A stretch of 64,000 nt of DNA from Lingula anatina (Eukaryota; Animalia; Brachiopoda): positions 558,001-622,000 of the forward strand of contig CM120643.1 of NCBI GenBank assembly GCA_051362555.1, read 5' to 3'. A model generated the notes under the pieces. That model searched no databases, had not been told where the DNA came from, and worked only from the letters and a program-made list of their open reading frames with translations. Both the position numbers and the translations under genes were made by a program. Positions 26,990 through 39,669 of this stretch are shown here, in pieces. How positions within the stretch are numbered: position 1 is the first letter of the stretch; each line of letters starts with the position of its first letter.

Positions 26990-29420
26990 AAAGCAAAAAA
27001 AGGGGGACACCACCTCCAGTGTTGTACTTGACAAGCTCCACAAATTGTAGTTAACAAGAGGTCTCGATTTTTTAATGTTGAAAACTACAATTTATAACAA
27101 AATCATGGGGAAAAGTAAAAGGTCAAATCCAAATTTGTGATGTGCATTTCATGGCGAAAAGGAGGTCAAAGGTCAAATTCAAAGTCACAAGAAGACTGTC
27201 AATATATGAATTCCCATTCAGGTTCAGTAGTATCAATGGGCATATCTGTGCCAGTTTTAGAGATATAAGGGAAGGAAAATTCAAGGCCAAAACCCAGCAG
27301 GCACTCAACGTTGATTCAACATTGAGGATAGGTTAAGATGATGTTGATCCATCAATATTGATAGATCAACAAGATCTCAACATCGAATCAACCTTTTCTT
27401 GTCAACCAATTGTCAATGTTGATAGATCAACAGGGTCTCAACATTGATTTAACCTTTCTTTGTCAATCAATTTTCAATGTTGATAGATCAACAGGATTTC
27501 AACATTGAATCAAACTTTTCTTGTCAACCCATTGTCAATGTTGATAGATCAACAGGGTCTCAACATTGATTTAACCTTTCTTTGTCAATCAATTTTCAAT
27601 GTTGATAGATCAACAGGATTTCAACATTGAATCAACCTGTGTTTGTAAACTCTTTGTAAATGTTGACATATCAACTGGATCTCAACATTGGGTCAACCTT
27701 AACTTTATTTATAACCTTAATCATAACCTTGATAATGGTTTTAAATGATTATCTCACTAGAGAGGTATGCATAGGGGTAATTACCCCTCATAAAACGCTT
27801 GTTTTACCCCTTTTTCATTAAAATTAATTTAGTGAAAAAAGCGGTCTTCATTTTTTTAAAAACTTTCCAGATTTGATGTTCAGGTTATCTTTAAGAAAAA
27901 GAAAAAAAACATAGGGTCACCAGCCTTACCTTATGGCAAATTGACAAAATTTACTCAAGGTTGAAGAAAAAGCTTGAAAAAGCCAAAAATGCCTGTTTTT
28001 CTGGAAATTTAAGTTAGCTGTGAGAAAAAATGAGACTGGTGACCCTTTGTTTTTGTATTCTTAAAATTATCTTAACAACCTGATTATTTTAGTAAAGCTA
28101 ATTTGTTGTTTAATTTTTATGGGTAATTACCGTATGTGCCTGCATACTTGTATAATGTAAATAAAGTGCAAGACTCCGGATAACATGAACTGATGCAACA
28201 CGTGAGTGTGGACAGTGTGTAACACTTTTACAGTACAAAAACTGTACTTTATTAACAGTACTTTGTGAGGCCACACTATCAGGAGGATCGTTCAACAGAT
28301 AAGGACATGGAAAACGGTGACATTGCGTCTTCAAAACTACACACTATCAGGAGGATCGTTCAACAGATAGGGACATGGAAAACGGTGACATTGCGTCTTC
28401 AAAACCCCACACTATGAGGAGGAACGTTTAACAGAAAAGGACTCTTAAAACTGTGACATTGCGTCTTCAAAACTTAACTGTCTACGAATCTGTTAGAATT
28501 TAACTGTATTTGACAAATGTTAAAGTTTATGAAACATGATAGTATTACATGTAGTTAGTGTATGTTCATTGTTTGTAATATATTATATTCATGGTTAAAT
28601 TAGTTGTTGTTTGTGTTTTTTTATGTTCGGGCTGTTTTGGTCCGTAACATTGAGCATCAAACTGGAAAGTTAAAAAAGAATCTGACGACCCATAGGTGGA
28701 TACAGGGGCCGGTCCCGGGGTCTGGACCCCCCCCCCCCCCTTTTCTTTCGAAATTACCTTTTTTGTAGGTAATTTTCCTTATTTCCCCCCTTTTCAGCTC
28801 TGAGTCTTTTTATTTCAAGAAATGCTTGATATCTTGGAGAACACCTTCAGCCATCAGGCAAATTTCAATCAAATATCCTGATAGCCTAATTGATATATCA
28901 ACGTTAATTCAATTTTCAAATTCAACTTAATTTCAACATTGATTCAACATTGAGGTATCAATGTTGATTCAACATGGATACCTCAAGGTTGATTCAACCT
29001 TGATGGTTCAACGTTGATTCAACTTTCATAGTCAATGTCATATCAACATAGTTTCAACGTTGACGGTCAACATTGATTCAACATTGATACCTCAAAGTTG
29101 ATTCAACCTTGATGGTTCAACGTTGATTCAACTTTCATAGTCAACGTTATATCAACATAGTTTCAACGTTGACCAGCAACGTTGATTCAACATTGATACC
29201 TCAAGGTTGATTCAACCTTGATGGTTCAACATTGAGTCAACTTTCATAGTCAATGTCATATCAACATACTTTCAACGTTGACCATCAATGTTGATTCAAC
29301 ATTGATTCAATGTTGATTTGCCCGCTGGGAAAAAGGTCACACTTAAATTGCCAGTATGACTTCCTATTCAAGTTCAAAAGTAACCAAGGGCATATAGACT
29401 GTCAGTTTTGAAGATGTGAC
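26990..29420. mobile_element. Degenerate copy of the satellite-bearing element (26990-27292 and 29330-29420), split by a nested insertion
   Basis: GGGACACCACCTCCAGTGTTGTACTTGACAAGCT matches 91-124. The satellite unit resumes at 29330 (AAGGTCACACTTAAATTGCCAGTATGACTTCCTATTCAAGTTC). Confidence 0.8.
27293..29329. mobile_element. 2-kb non-autonomous TIR transposon, CACTA/EnSpm-like
   Basis: Ends CCCAGCAGGCA.../...TGCCCGCTGGG with AA on both flanks (possible 2-bp TSD). Both subtermini have dense arrays of TCAACRTTGA. Internal 68-bp x3 repeat at 28272-28473. No transposase ORF. Confidence 0.82.
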
Positions 29421-30235
29421 GGACAAAAAAAAGCAAGCGAGTTAACTTCCAAAGCTGTAATTAATTCTCGACTGTGCTCACTGGAGATTCTGGCACCTTG
29501 ACGCATGAGCAGTAGTATCTCTAAACTGTGGAGTTCATCAGGGTACACTCATATCTGTCGTGTAGTAACATGGCTGTTCCTTATACGAATCAAATAAATT
29601 CGAAATGACTGAATAAATCTCGATCAGCCATAAAATAGCTTTAGACTGCCCCTTTCTTTAAATTTGTGTCAGAAATTTAACCAATACTTATGTGACCTAC
29701 TTTTCTGCCCCATGTATATACAGCATAGAAAGCTAGCAAAGAAATCCATTCCTATATCATTTTTGGGTAACATTAAACAATATCATATCTTTTGGTAATT
29801 CTCTTAGTTATACTATTTGAATTTACATGCCGGCATGTGGCAAAACATTGACTATTTGTGTGCATCTTTAAAGTTAAACAAAAATACGACAGTTTGGCAG
29901 TTATGGGGCAAACATCACCAAAGTTGTGCAAAGAACCTGAATAATTACCGCAAATGTAAACCAATCATGCCAGTTTTCGTATGCAACCTGCCTCTTTACC
30001 AAACAAATTTAAAGTCACTCAATATAGTCTTGAGAGATTCATTTATTTCATCTGTCATAGTGATGATTTCACTATGTGAATTGTGAAAACTATGTGAATT
30101 GTGAATTGTGAAACTTCCAGATTTAAATAAAATTTTATATCAATGTTTTGTAAAGATAATTTGTTATAATGACATTATGTGTATTGAATCTTTTAAGGTA
30201 TTGTATTTATTGGAAAGAACTGTAACCAAGTCTTA

Positions 30236-30456
30236 GAGTGCATTCCCAGTGATTTACGTGTAGATTGATTCAACTAGATCGACCTTACTCCCTGAGGATT
30301 CACGCTAAATTGCTGTCAGTCGACCGCGCACGGAAGTTAATTACCCCCTTACAGCTTTTAGTAGGCGGGACAGACATTTAAGCTGGCTAAGCTGACAGTT
30401 ATCTAGTGAGACTCCCCACGGGGATAGATCGATGTAAAATATGTGGGAATGGGGTC
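30236..30456. mobile_element. PIF/Harbinger-type MITE (TTA TSD)
   Basis: Imperfect TIR GAGTGCATTCCCA / TGGGAATGGGGTC with TTA on both sides; homologous to 44670-44895. Confidence 0.85.
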
Positions 30457-31663
30457 TTAAAGGAATTTTTTAGGTCTTAAAAGGATTGAATAACTTCATT
30501 TATGGCTTTTTCTCCTAGTTCAGGTCAGTCTTAGTTTAATTATGTTTAAGGTCTCTCTGTAGTTATATGTCTGAATTCTTTTAATTGGCTTCAGTATCTC
30601 TGACTTAATTTCTTTAGGAATCACTGTACATATGTATTTTGTGTATAAGTATATATAGAGAAGAACTTTGTATTGTAATCAGAGATCAGAGATTAGAGAT
30701 ATGATATCATCAGAGTAAGTTTGGTCAGTCGAACCGACAGCTGGATTTTCCGTGTTGTCAGCCAGAGAAATAAATGTAGAACTTGGTCAGTTAGTAGTTG
30801 ATCTCTGGAAAATATAGCGTAGCTGTTGTGTTACCTGCTGGAGAATTAACTCAGACCAAGTGTCCCCTGTGATACATCTAAAACAGGGCATGGCAAAAGA
30901 TGTTAAAATACCTGTATGTGCAGAAATGTTCAACTGCTCTTTGCTGCTGTCATCCTCAGTTCTATTGTTTGACCACTAGGTAGAGTTGTGGTCAAAATGA
31001 TGTCATACACTGGACAAAGTCTGTCCCCCCCACCTTCACATACAGGCATTTTAACATCTTTTTCCTTGTTGTGTTTGGAACTTATTGGGCCAATGACACC
31101 AAAATTGTGCAAAAGAGTGATATAAATTTAAATGGAATTGTCTTAGAAAGTCGTGGATGTTGGATCTTAATTACAATAATAGCTATGGTATCATCATTAT
31201 CAAAGGTTGCCTTCTCTTCAGAAAACTGAACATGACGTTGAAAGCAACCGGACTATTTACCCAAAAAAAAGCCACCAAGAAAATTTAAAGTAAAAAAAAT
31301 GGTTTGGAAGTAATTAGACAAACGTCATGTGTCGGACAGCAACAATGACAGCATAGACAGACAGACAGACAGACCAATCAGAATATATACATGTAGGCAA
31401 TTACAGTGTCTGTATATAAAAACTTAAGCAAAACAAATTTGGTAAATTTAGATTTTTGTCTTACTATGTGCTATATTCTTTTGAACCAACAAAGTGCTTT
31501 GTTACATGTGTAAAATTGTTGAGCATAACTCTGTACATATATAACAACTGGCAAAAAATAGTATATCATTTCTAAAGTTAGCACATGTCTATACTTGCTG
31601 TGTGTACCTGTGAGTGTCTGTGTGCTGCAAGTACATTCTCAATTAACAGATTGCTAGTCATAC

Positions 31664-31811
31664 CTGTCATGTGAAAGACAGACTTGAACCCCAAACCAAA
31701 TTTTCCAACTTTTAGTGGATCATCTTTCTTGCTACTATTGTGGATGGCTCCTATTCTGTCCCAGTCAGCATCACCAAAAACGGCATCATTGTAGGCATAC
31801 AGAGCTGGACC
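31664..31811 (-). CDS. SACS: Sacsin-like coding exon 4 (SRR1 ATP-lid region)
   Basis: ctcag|[12 protein letters not shown]...[16 protein letters not shown]|gtatga; 148 nt, phase 0-1. Confidence 0.95.
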
Positions 31812-33624
31812 CTGAGATATAAGTAAATAGAACAATTCAAAAGACAAAAATACATTAAATTAGAATGTTTTATAAATAATTTTAGTACCACAGAAGGTTG
31901 GGTTCCTGATGGGGGGGGGGGGAGGAGCGGGGGAGGAGCGTTAATTTATTCCTTTTACATTGTAATTTCTGCTATCTCCTCTTAAACCATTAGGTAGTTT
32001 TGGTATGGTAAAAACTTTAAAATTTCATCACTCAGAAATTAATAAACATTTTAGAATGTGTGAATCTGGCATATAGCCATATTAAATGAGGAACTTTTCA
32101 AAATTATCAAGACTCCAATTATCAAGTTTGATAAAATTTTCAATTAAAGTGAAAAATATTACATTGGCAGAGAATAATCTTCCTTCAAAATTTTGATGAC
32201 TGCCTTAATTTTCAAGTTTTTTACAGTATTGATAAACCTATCATAGAGATGTGCAACTGTGGTTTGGGCTGTCCATGGGGGTGGTTGCATGATACTTATT
32301 TTTTTATTATTTTTCTTAACATTGTAATTTCTGTTATCTTCTCCTTTACCATAATATAAAAGAAGAAATTGCAGTATTGATACCCCTACCATAAGGGATG
32401 TGCAATTGGCAACTTCAGAATATTGGTGTGACTGGGGGTTGGGCTGTCTCTGGTGGGTGGATCATTCAAAATCATTTTTACATTTTCCATTTCGTTTTCT
32501 CTTCCTAGATCATTAAATCAAGGAAGTTCAAGGTTTGGTGGTTAAGAGACCTATAATCAGAGATGGTCACGGCCGCTTTGGAAAATTATTATTTCTGTTA
32601 ACTTCTCCAAAACCATTATATTGAGGATGTTCAGTCTTTGGCTATTGACATATAGTACATGGACCCCTTGGGGTTGGGCTGTCCCTGGGGGTGGATGATT
32701 CTAATCATTTTACTCATTTTTGTTTCTGCTAGCCTTGTATCTCCTCCTCCCTGGGTGTGGACGCTTTTAGTTTTGTGTATTGTAACTTCAGTTATCCTCT
32801 CTTAGGCCATCAGAGTCAGAAAGTAAAAACTTTTATGGGATTGGTACACCTTTCATCAGTAACGAATATTTGTGTGCAAGGAGGGGTTGGGTAGGTTAAC
32901 AATTGTCACCAGGGGGGCCGGGATGATTCTTTTTTACATGAAGTTAACTTCTTTTTTTAACTGATACACTGTAATTTTTATGCTGTTATTTTAAAGATTA
33001 ATATAATACTTTATCACATAAGAATAGGGATTTCTTGAGGGTCATGTTCTCTTTACAATGTGGGATAGGTAATGGCTACCCAGTGACACCATTTATAGTT
33101 TCTTTCGGTATTTTAACCAGAAAAGGTCCTTTTTAATTATCACCCCTACTAATGCAGCTATACACTATATTAAGCTAAAGGATCTGAGGGATATATGATA
33201 CTGTCTCCTGATATTGTACCAACAGTCAGATTAACCTCATATTCAAGTGTAATAAATGGTAGCTATGGATGTATGGATTGAGACCGCGTCTTCTGGGTCT
33301 TCTGGAATACGGTCAGATTTTAAAGTTTACATTGACGGGTATCTATTTTACTCTGTTGGAAGACAGTTAAAGATGGAGGATATATCAACAAAGATAATAT
33401 GAAAGACTGCCAGAAAATATTTCTGGATCCACCCCTGTTTTTTACCTGTAAATATACAAAGTTATGTCCATCGTGTAATGACAAATGCTAGACCATCTAT
33501 GAATAAGGACTTGACTGAAAAACTGTACCTTTAAGTCTGTAAGAATAGAGACATATATCCAACCTTTATATATATAATCTAAGAGCATAAGAAGAGTTTG
33601 CTTTAAAACATATGTTACATTTAC

Positions 33625-33735
33625 CTGAAATATCTTCAAATCTGGTTGATACAAAGACTCTGCAGAAAACTGGCGTCTGTCATTGACAAATTTCACAGAT
33701 TTTGCTCCAGCGTCCTCAGCATTCTGGATTAATTC
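33625..33735 (-). CDS. SACS: Sacsin-like coding exon 3
   Basis: tttcag|ELIQNAEDAGAKSVKFVNDRRQFSAESLYQPDLKIFQ|gtaaat; 111 nt. Confidence 0.95.
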
Positions 33736-34148
33736 CTGAAAGATTGACAATATATATACAATGTCAGTTTTCTCTTTATTGTTATAACTATAATAATTAT
33801 CACAACTTTATATTTAAGTAGATAAGTGAATGACTAATTTAAAGAATTAAGGTAACAAAAACTCGACATTTTGGACTATTTCCTAAAAGATTGACAATAT
33901 GCAATATCAGTTTTCTCTTTCTTGTTATAACTGTAATAATTCTCACAACTTTATATTTAAGTAGATAAGTGAATGACTAATTTAAAGAATTAAAGTAACA
34001 AAAACTCGGCATTCTGGACTAATTCCTTTAAGATTGACAATGTACAATATCAGTTTTCCCTTTCTTGTTATAATTATAACAATTCTCATGACTTCATATT
34101 TATGTAGACGCATGAACAATTAAAATCAAGAATCAAAGTAACAAAAAT
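33715..34148 (-). repeat. Three ~145-bp tandem copies spanning the exon-3 splice acceptor
   Basis: The decoy copies read taaag|GAATTAGTCCAGAATGCCGAG and ttttag|GAAATAGTCCAAAATGTCGAG; the real site is tttcag|GAATTAATCCAGAATGCTGAG. Confidence 0.85.
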
Positions 34149-34164
34149 TGTACAAAAAGTTAAC

Positions 34165-34250
34165 CTTCAGAATCTGCCCATCATCTGGATATTGGTCTAA
34201 TACTGCTCTCAGCTGCTCAATTAAAGATGGCGTCCGAATCCCAAAACCAC
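34165..34250 (-). CDS. SACS: Sacsin-like coding exon 2
   Basis: ttctag|(R)GFGIRTPSLIEQLRAVLDQYPDDGQILK|gttaac, matching the sacsin SRR1 start. Not in the ORF track. Confidence 0.9.
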
Positions 34251-34573
34251 CTAGAATATAAATAATGCCAAATCTACAAATGCCAAAAAGTCTTCAAACA
34301 AAACTTCCCAAAGCGGCTTCTTCAATAATTTGTACTAGCAGATAATCTCATCAGCATGATGTAGACAACAGTTTTTTAAAATAAGTGACAATAACATATA
34401 CCTTCAAATTAAGGTGTAAGGATATTCTTGTGTTTATATTTGCATAGTTTGTCTGTTTGAAACATTAAAATAACATTTTTTGAAAGATGCCACACATCTG
34501 AGATAAATACAGAGCGGTGTCGGAACTTTCAACCATTGCTATCTTACTTTTAAATTATCATTTATGCACTTAC

Positions 34574-34583
34574 GGTCAGCCAT
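34574..34583 (-). CDS. SACS: Probable sacsin-like start exon (coding part ATGGCTGACC)
   Basis: aaaATGG context, consensus donor gtaagt, and phase 1 fits exon 2. In-frame stops lie upstream; candidate acceptor ttattacag at 34674. Confidence 0.7.
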
Positions 34584-35249
34584 TTTTATTTGAATCAGCA
34601 GAAGTTAATTATTTTTGTTTGTCTTTGGACATCACATCACCTCCACGCACTTTATGACTCATCAGGGCCTAATCTGTAATAACAGGAATTATCTAAATGA
34701 AGATTAATTATATCTAACAATCCTTTGTAAAATGATGATAAATCATGATAGAGGGGTCCAAACATATCCCAATTCAACAGGTACCATCTAAAGGAACAAT
34801 CAAATCAGTTTATCATTTGTTACAATGAACAATCAAATCAGAACCACTATCTAGATAAGGCTTCATTCACATGCAATGTCTATTTTCTTAATTCTATTTT
34901 CTATTCGCGGTATGTCTTATGATCACAGTCTGTGGCCTGAATATCCCGCGGCGTAATTACTGGCAGCGCGAGCCAGTTACTATAAGTTACTATATAGTAA
35001 CTGGCTCGCGAATAAACATGTATGAGAATAAAGAAGAACGTGGGATTGGTAAAAAAATGCAACCACTGAGAAAAATGCGATCATTGTGTATGAACATTTT
35101 TATGAAGTAAAAAAATATTGATAAACTGTATACTTGATAATTACTTCTGACCAAAAACATCTGTTCAGAAGCACTCTGGTTGCGCTTGTCGAGGACGGTG
35201 TAACTTGTAGCTATCCTATTACACATGTCAGAGTCTCAGTAAAAAATTA

Positions 35250-35497
35250 AATGGGGTCCTGATCAGCCCCCCTCCCCCCTCTCGATTTCTCAAAAAAAAT
35301 TCACAAATGGTGCCTTCTTGAAATTAAAATTTTGACTAGCTGAATCATAGTTCTAAACCGTACCAAAATGGCACCCTTTTAAATACCAAAATTTTAAGGA
35401 GCCTTTCACCGAGCCCCGAACCCCACGCCAAGGGGGAGGGGAGGGGACGGTCGGCTGCGCACCTCCCCCCATTCAAATAATTCTGAATCCGCCCCTG
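35250..35497. mobile_element. CAGGGGCGGAT-family MITE copy
   Basis: Right end GAATCCGCCCCTG; core shared with 7789-8013. Confidence 0.75.
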
Positions 35498-35815
35498 GGT
35501 CTGGCCATTACAGCCGAGCCGAATCTAAAGCCGCACCACGAAAACAGAAAAACTGAGGCAAAGAGACCAACTGTTATAGTGAAGAATAACGACAACGATC
35601 AAACGTTTATTCACCGACTCATTTTTCCTGCTATTTCACAAGTATTTATACTAGTTAATTTTCCGTACTGATCACGCGTGTAATTATGTAATTTTCATTG
35701 TTTACGGCGTGATTTCCAGAAACTTTCCATTCTCATGTTGACTTAACATATGTCACAGTTTATTTTTATTGTTTAAAAACACACAACTGTGAAATAGATT
35801 TAAGGTTATATATTT

Positions 35816-36285
35816 CACCTGTAGAAATAGAGAATGAAGTTACAGTATTTGCACGACCGCTCTGGTCAGTTACAAAAGAGAGAGTGTACATGTACATGTT
35901 ACAATGAATGAAATACTTAGTTTAAACAAAATAACTAATCAAATACAAATACACCGTTTAATAATATAACTAAATAAATAATGCATCATGACAATTGAAT
36001 TTGAAAGAATAATAAGCTCACCTGTAGAAATAGAGAATGAAGTTACAGTATGTGCACGACCGCTCTGGTCAGTTACAAAAGAGAGAGTGTACATGTTACA
36101 ATGAATAAAATACTTAGTTTAAACAAAATAACTAATCAAATACAAATACACCGTTTAATAATATATCTAAATAAATAATGCATCATGACAATTGAATTTG
36201 AAAGAATAATTAGCTCACCTGTAGAAATAGAGAATGAAGTTACAGTATTTGCACAACCGCTCTGGTGAGTTACAAAAGAGAGTGT
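35816..36285 (-). repeat. ~200-bp tandem repeat (third unit partial) spanning a ttctacAG|GTga splice signal
   Basis: TCACCTGTAGAAATAGAGAATGAAGTTACAGTA near 35816, 36018 and 36215. Confidence 0.9.
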
Positions 36286-36289
36286 GAAA

Positions 36290-36365
36290 AAGGGCGCGGA
36301 AAACGACTAGGATCACGTGTAGACGATTCTTATCACGTGGGAGAATTATCCAATCAACGCCCGCC
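36290..36365 (-). promoter_or_regulatory. Candidate promoter: E2F-like site, two TCACGTG E-boxes, CCAAT
   Basis: GGGCGCGGAAAA (36292), TCACGTG (36313, 36333) and CCAAT (~36350) cluster in a CpG-richer patch just upstream of a minus-strand GTGAG donor. Confidence 0.45.
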
Positions 36366-38475
36366 AAAGATACCCTGAGTGTCAGAGCAACGTAAAAGCT
36401 AGCTTGTTAAATATATACCTTGTGATGGAGTCAAATCAAGATCGAGCTGGCAATACCGGAATCTAGAACCTAGGGTAGCCAAAGACGAAGAAATAAAGAA
36501 AGAATAAATAGATAAACGGATATGGTAAAAATTACATGAGGTGGGACTTTATACACCGTCACACGTACAACATTCCCTTATTAGGCAATATCTAAGAGCC
36601 TTGTTTTCAACTAATCTTATCAGAAATACTATTTGCATTACTCATACTTGAATCATATCCAAAACTCAGTTATCATGTGATTGTGACGACGTTACTGACT
36701 TTGCATGTCTTATCGGTGGCGCGAGTAATAACTAGACAGTTTTCGTGTTTTTCCATATTCTTTATTATCGCTTTCTAACTACGCTATCTACAGTTTATTC
36801 CTCTCCGTTCAACCTATTACATCGTTCTCCCCGTCTACATTACATTCTTCGCTTAAGTACAATAAGGTCATGTCAATCAACTAAAGTAACACTACAAAAC
36901 ACTCCTCGCTCTTATTCGCTGCATGCTGTCACTTACTAACGTTACATGATAAACAGTTGATCAAAACTAAAATATATTATGAAATTAACCGATCACATAA
37001 AATGTTACTGACTTTAATCTTTTCCATCTTTTTCTGACACTAAAAACGTGTTCTACACTTGTTGACTCTTTATGTTGACTTACACTTATACCACTCGAAA
37101 TTTTCATCTATTTTATTTCCCTTTTATTACTAATTGTAATTAGTGTAAGCGTAATTCATTAACTTTACAACACAACTATGGACGATGCTGTCCAAATGAC
37201 AGCCAATGCCTGGTACTTTCAGACCTGATTTTCCTCATTATTTTCTAATATCCACATTTATATCTACGTGAGCTGCTGTACGCGTCAGCATTTCAGCAAT
37301 AAAGAAAAACAAAGACTAAAAAAAGGACCAACCTGATACAACCTGATACAACCTGATAAAGTCCCCTTACCAAAAGGTCGCATGGTCTCCCAACCCTGCC
37401 CCGTATGGTCGAACAATAGAGGCCGCATGATAATTACAGGGTAGGGGAATTGGCAAGTAATCCATATCGGACACCCAAATTAGTCGGTTCAACGAACATG
37501 CCCCGCTCCTTCTTAATCCATCAATAGCAATAGTCGTTTTTTCTGTGCTGCTTCCCAGTAATCATTCCATAAGTATTTGCATAGATCTGTATAATTGTTG
37601 TTAGGTTGTTATGACTAGTGTATAGAGCCTGTAAAATGTAACGTGTACACATTTTAGTGCTCAATATAGATTATTATATTTATTGCCTCACTTACGTTTC
37701 TATTATAGCTGATGCAAAGAGAGCCCTTTGTTGTATTTCTTTAACACTTAGTAAATTTCCTGTCGCAACATTTTAAGGCCTTCATTTTCCGTTTGGGCGG
37801 TGATGTTTTTAATTCGCACCCCTTGTTCTCGGAGGCCCATGCTACGCAAACGTACATAATCGCTAAGAGGCATATTGGAATTGTGATGATATGGAATATT
37901 TGAGTGTCGATTTGTACCGTTCACTTGGCAGGTGACACGATGGCACAGATATCAATGGTATAAACATGTCATATTATACAAAATACTTACTGGCCATTTA
38001 GGAAGTCCAGATAAACAATCTGGTATACACGTGTCAGTTGACTGATAATTAGGTAAAATTGAATAGTTTGGATAGAAGAGCGTCATCGCCATGTAAACAT
38101 TAATTTTAGACGACGCGTGTCACACAGTAGTGATTATGCAATAGCCAGGGCTTAATCACTGTGTTTACCCAGCATGAATAAAGTTAACCTGAACTGATTG
38201 TTAATTAATGTGAGATGACACGTGCCAAACAGTGAAATAAACCCGAGAGATTTTTTAAATTAATTTTATTTGATGCTTTTAAGAAAAAAGCTGTTGGTTA
38301 AGTTTGGAGTTTAGATCGTAAACATGAACTATTTTTATCGTTTTGAATTACATAGGTTCAGAGTTAAATATCAAACAACGAAAGAGAAACATTTGTTTCA
38401 AAATTAAGGCTTATTTCTTTAATAATATTTTACGCGTTTTTAAAATTATTCTTCTTCCTGCTTTGTGTGCTGCAG

Positions 38476-38632
38476 AAACAAGGAATCAGTCTTTCGGCCG
38501 GCCACCCTTCGCCTTGTCAAATAAAGACATTTTTGATATTCGACAACGGGCCAGTTCCCCAGGCAACTTTTGCGTTCAGTTAATGGGAAGATTGTTTACT
38601 GTTGATGAACGAATTCAAAAGGACAGAAATGT
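38476..38632 (+). pseudogene. BEN-domain-like exon fragment
   Basis: After a pyrimidine-rich acceptor (gctgcag): IRQRASSPGNFCVQLMGRLFTVDERIQKDRNV, resembling the BEN N-terminal pattern (NF..L...LF..EE....NV). The resemblance ends abruptly. Confidence 0.5.
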
Positions 38633-39345
38633 TACGACCCTAGGAAAAGCAAGCAGAAATTCCGGGGTATTTTACCACGAAGACGTACTTACCACGCAAG
38701 AGACTCGTACGTTCAACTTGCTTTCAATGTACGTGTTAACAAAAAGGGGGGTGAGCGCACTTCCTCCGTGCGTTTATCTTACTTCCAAAGTGCGTGGCGA
38801 GTACTACTACCATACCTGTGAAGTGCGTCACACTAAGACGACGCACGTGCCCAGCACGATAAAAGTGCAGGCGATCCCGAGCAACCACTGCCAGCATTAG
38901 CAACTGCAGTAGTCGATGGCGCATCCTTCTTGGAAGTGCCTTTTTGGAAGCCAAAACAGTGAATGTTGAAGAGACTCGGTGCTCCCTTTTATATTATTTT
39001 GATTATCCGTGCGTTCCACTTCCGTGCTCATTACGTTTCTCTTACGTTTCTCTTACTTCGTAAGTACGATTTCTGAAAACGTATGCTTCACTAGCAATAC
39101 ACGTATGATTATCTCACTCACTGTGTACGACACAAGTACAGATCGAACGTGCTCCTTACTTCTTCCTACTTCCAAAAAGGCGTACAGACCACTTGCGGGC
39201 CCCACGTTTAGAGCACGACACACCTACTCATAAAGTACTTACTACTTACGTCCGCTGCGATTTAATTTTCATCCTGCGACAACGCTACGTCTGACAAGAA
39301 CTCCGAGGACGCACGATCTCTAAGCACGCACGACGGGTTGTAAGA
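38630..39345. mobile_element. Possible solo LTR
   Basis: Termini TGTTACGACCC...GGGTTGTAAGA (imperfect TG..CA inverted ends) bound a CpG/ACGT-rich block. No clean TSD. Confidence 0.4.
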
Positions 39346-39349
39346 GAGG

Positions 39350-39429
39350 CTTTAGCCGGCTAAGCTGACAGTAATCTAGTAAGACTTCCCATAGGGATAG
39401 ATCGATCTAAAATCAGTGGGAATGGGGTC
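39350..39429. mobile_element. Truncated right half of the Harbinger-type MITE seen at 30236 and 44670
   Basis: TAGCCGGCTAAGCTGACAGTAATCTAGT...GGGAATGGGGTC. Confidence 0.8.
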
Positions 39430-39669
39430 TAAGACACGATAATTAACGGACGGGGCAGGGCATGGTACTATAGTTAACAGAAATCAAACAGAGCATGGAT
39501 GACAATGTTATTTTCGTGGTTACCGCGCCAGGCCGTATGAAGTAAGGAGTAAAGAGACTTTTCAGGCGGGCGTGTATTTTCGCATCCCAGACAGTAATTT
39601 TTATCATCCGTCACAAATAAAGTTGACAACATAGCAAAAGTCGCAATATTCTTCTCATTCTTAACGTAC

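Noticed and set aside
30221-30876. Possible solo LTR (TGTAAC...GATACA with AATAAA)
   Set aside because: No TSD and no second copy in the window; too weak to call.
32150-33100. Recurring GGGTTGGGCTGTCC...GGGTGGAT motifs
   Set aside because: Probably an old degenerate tandem-repeat element, but the boundaries could not be defined.
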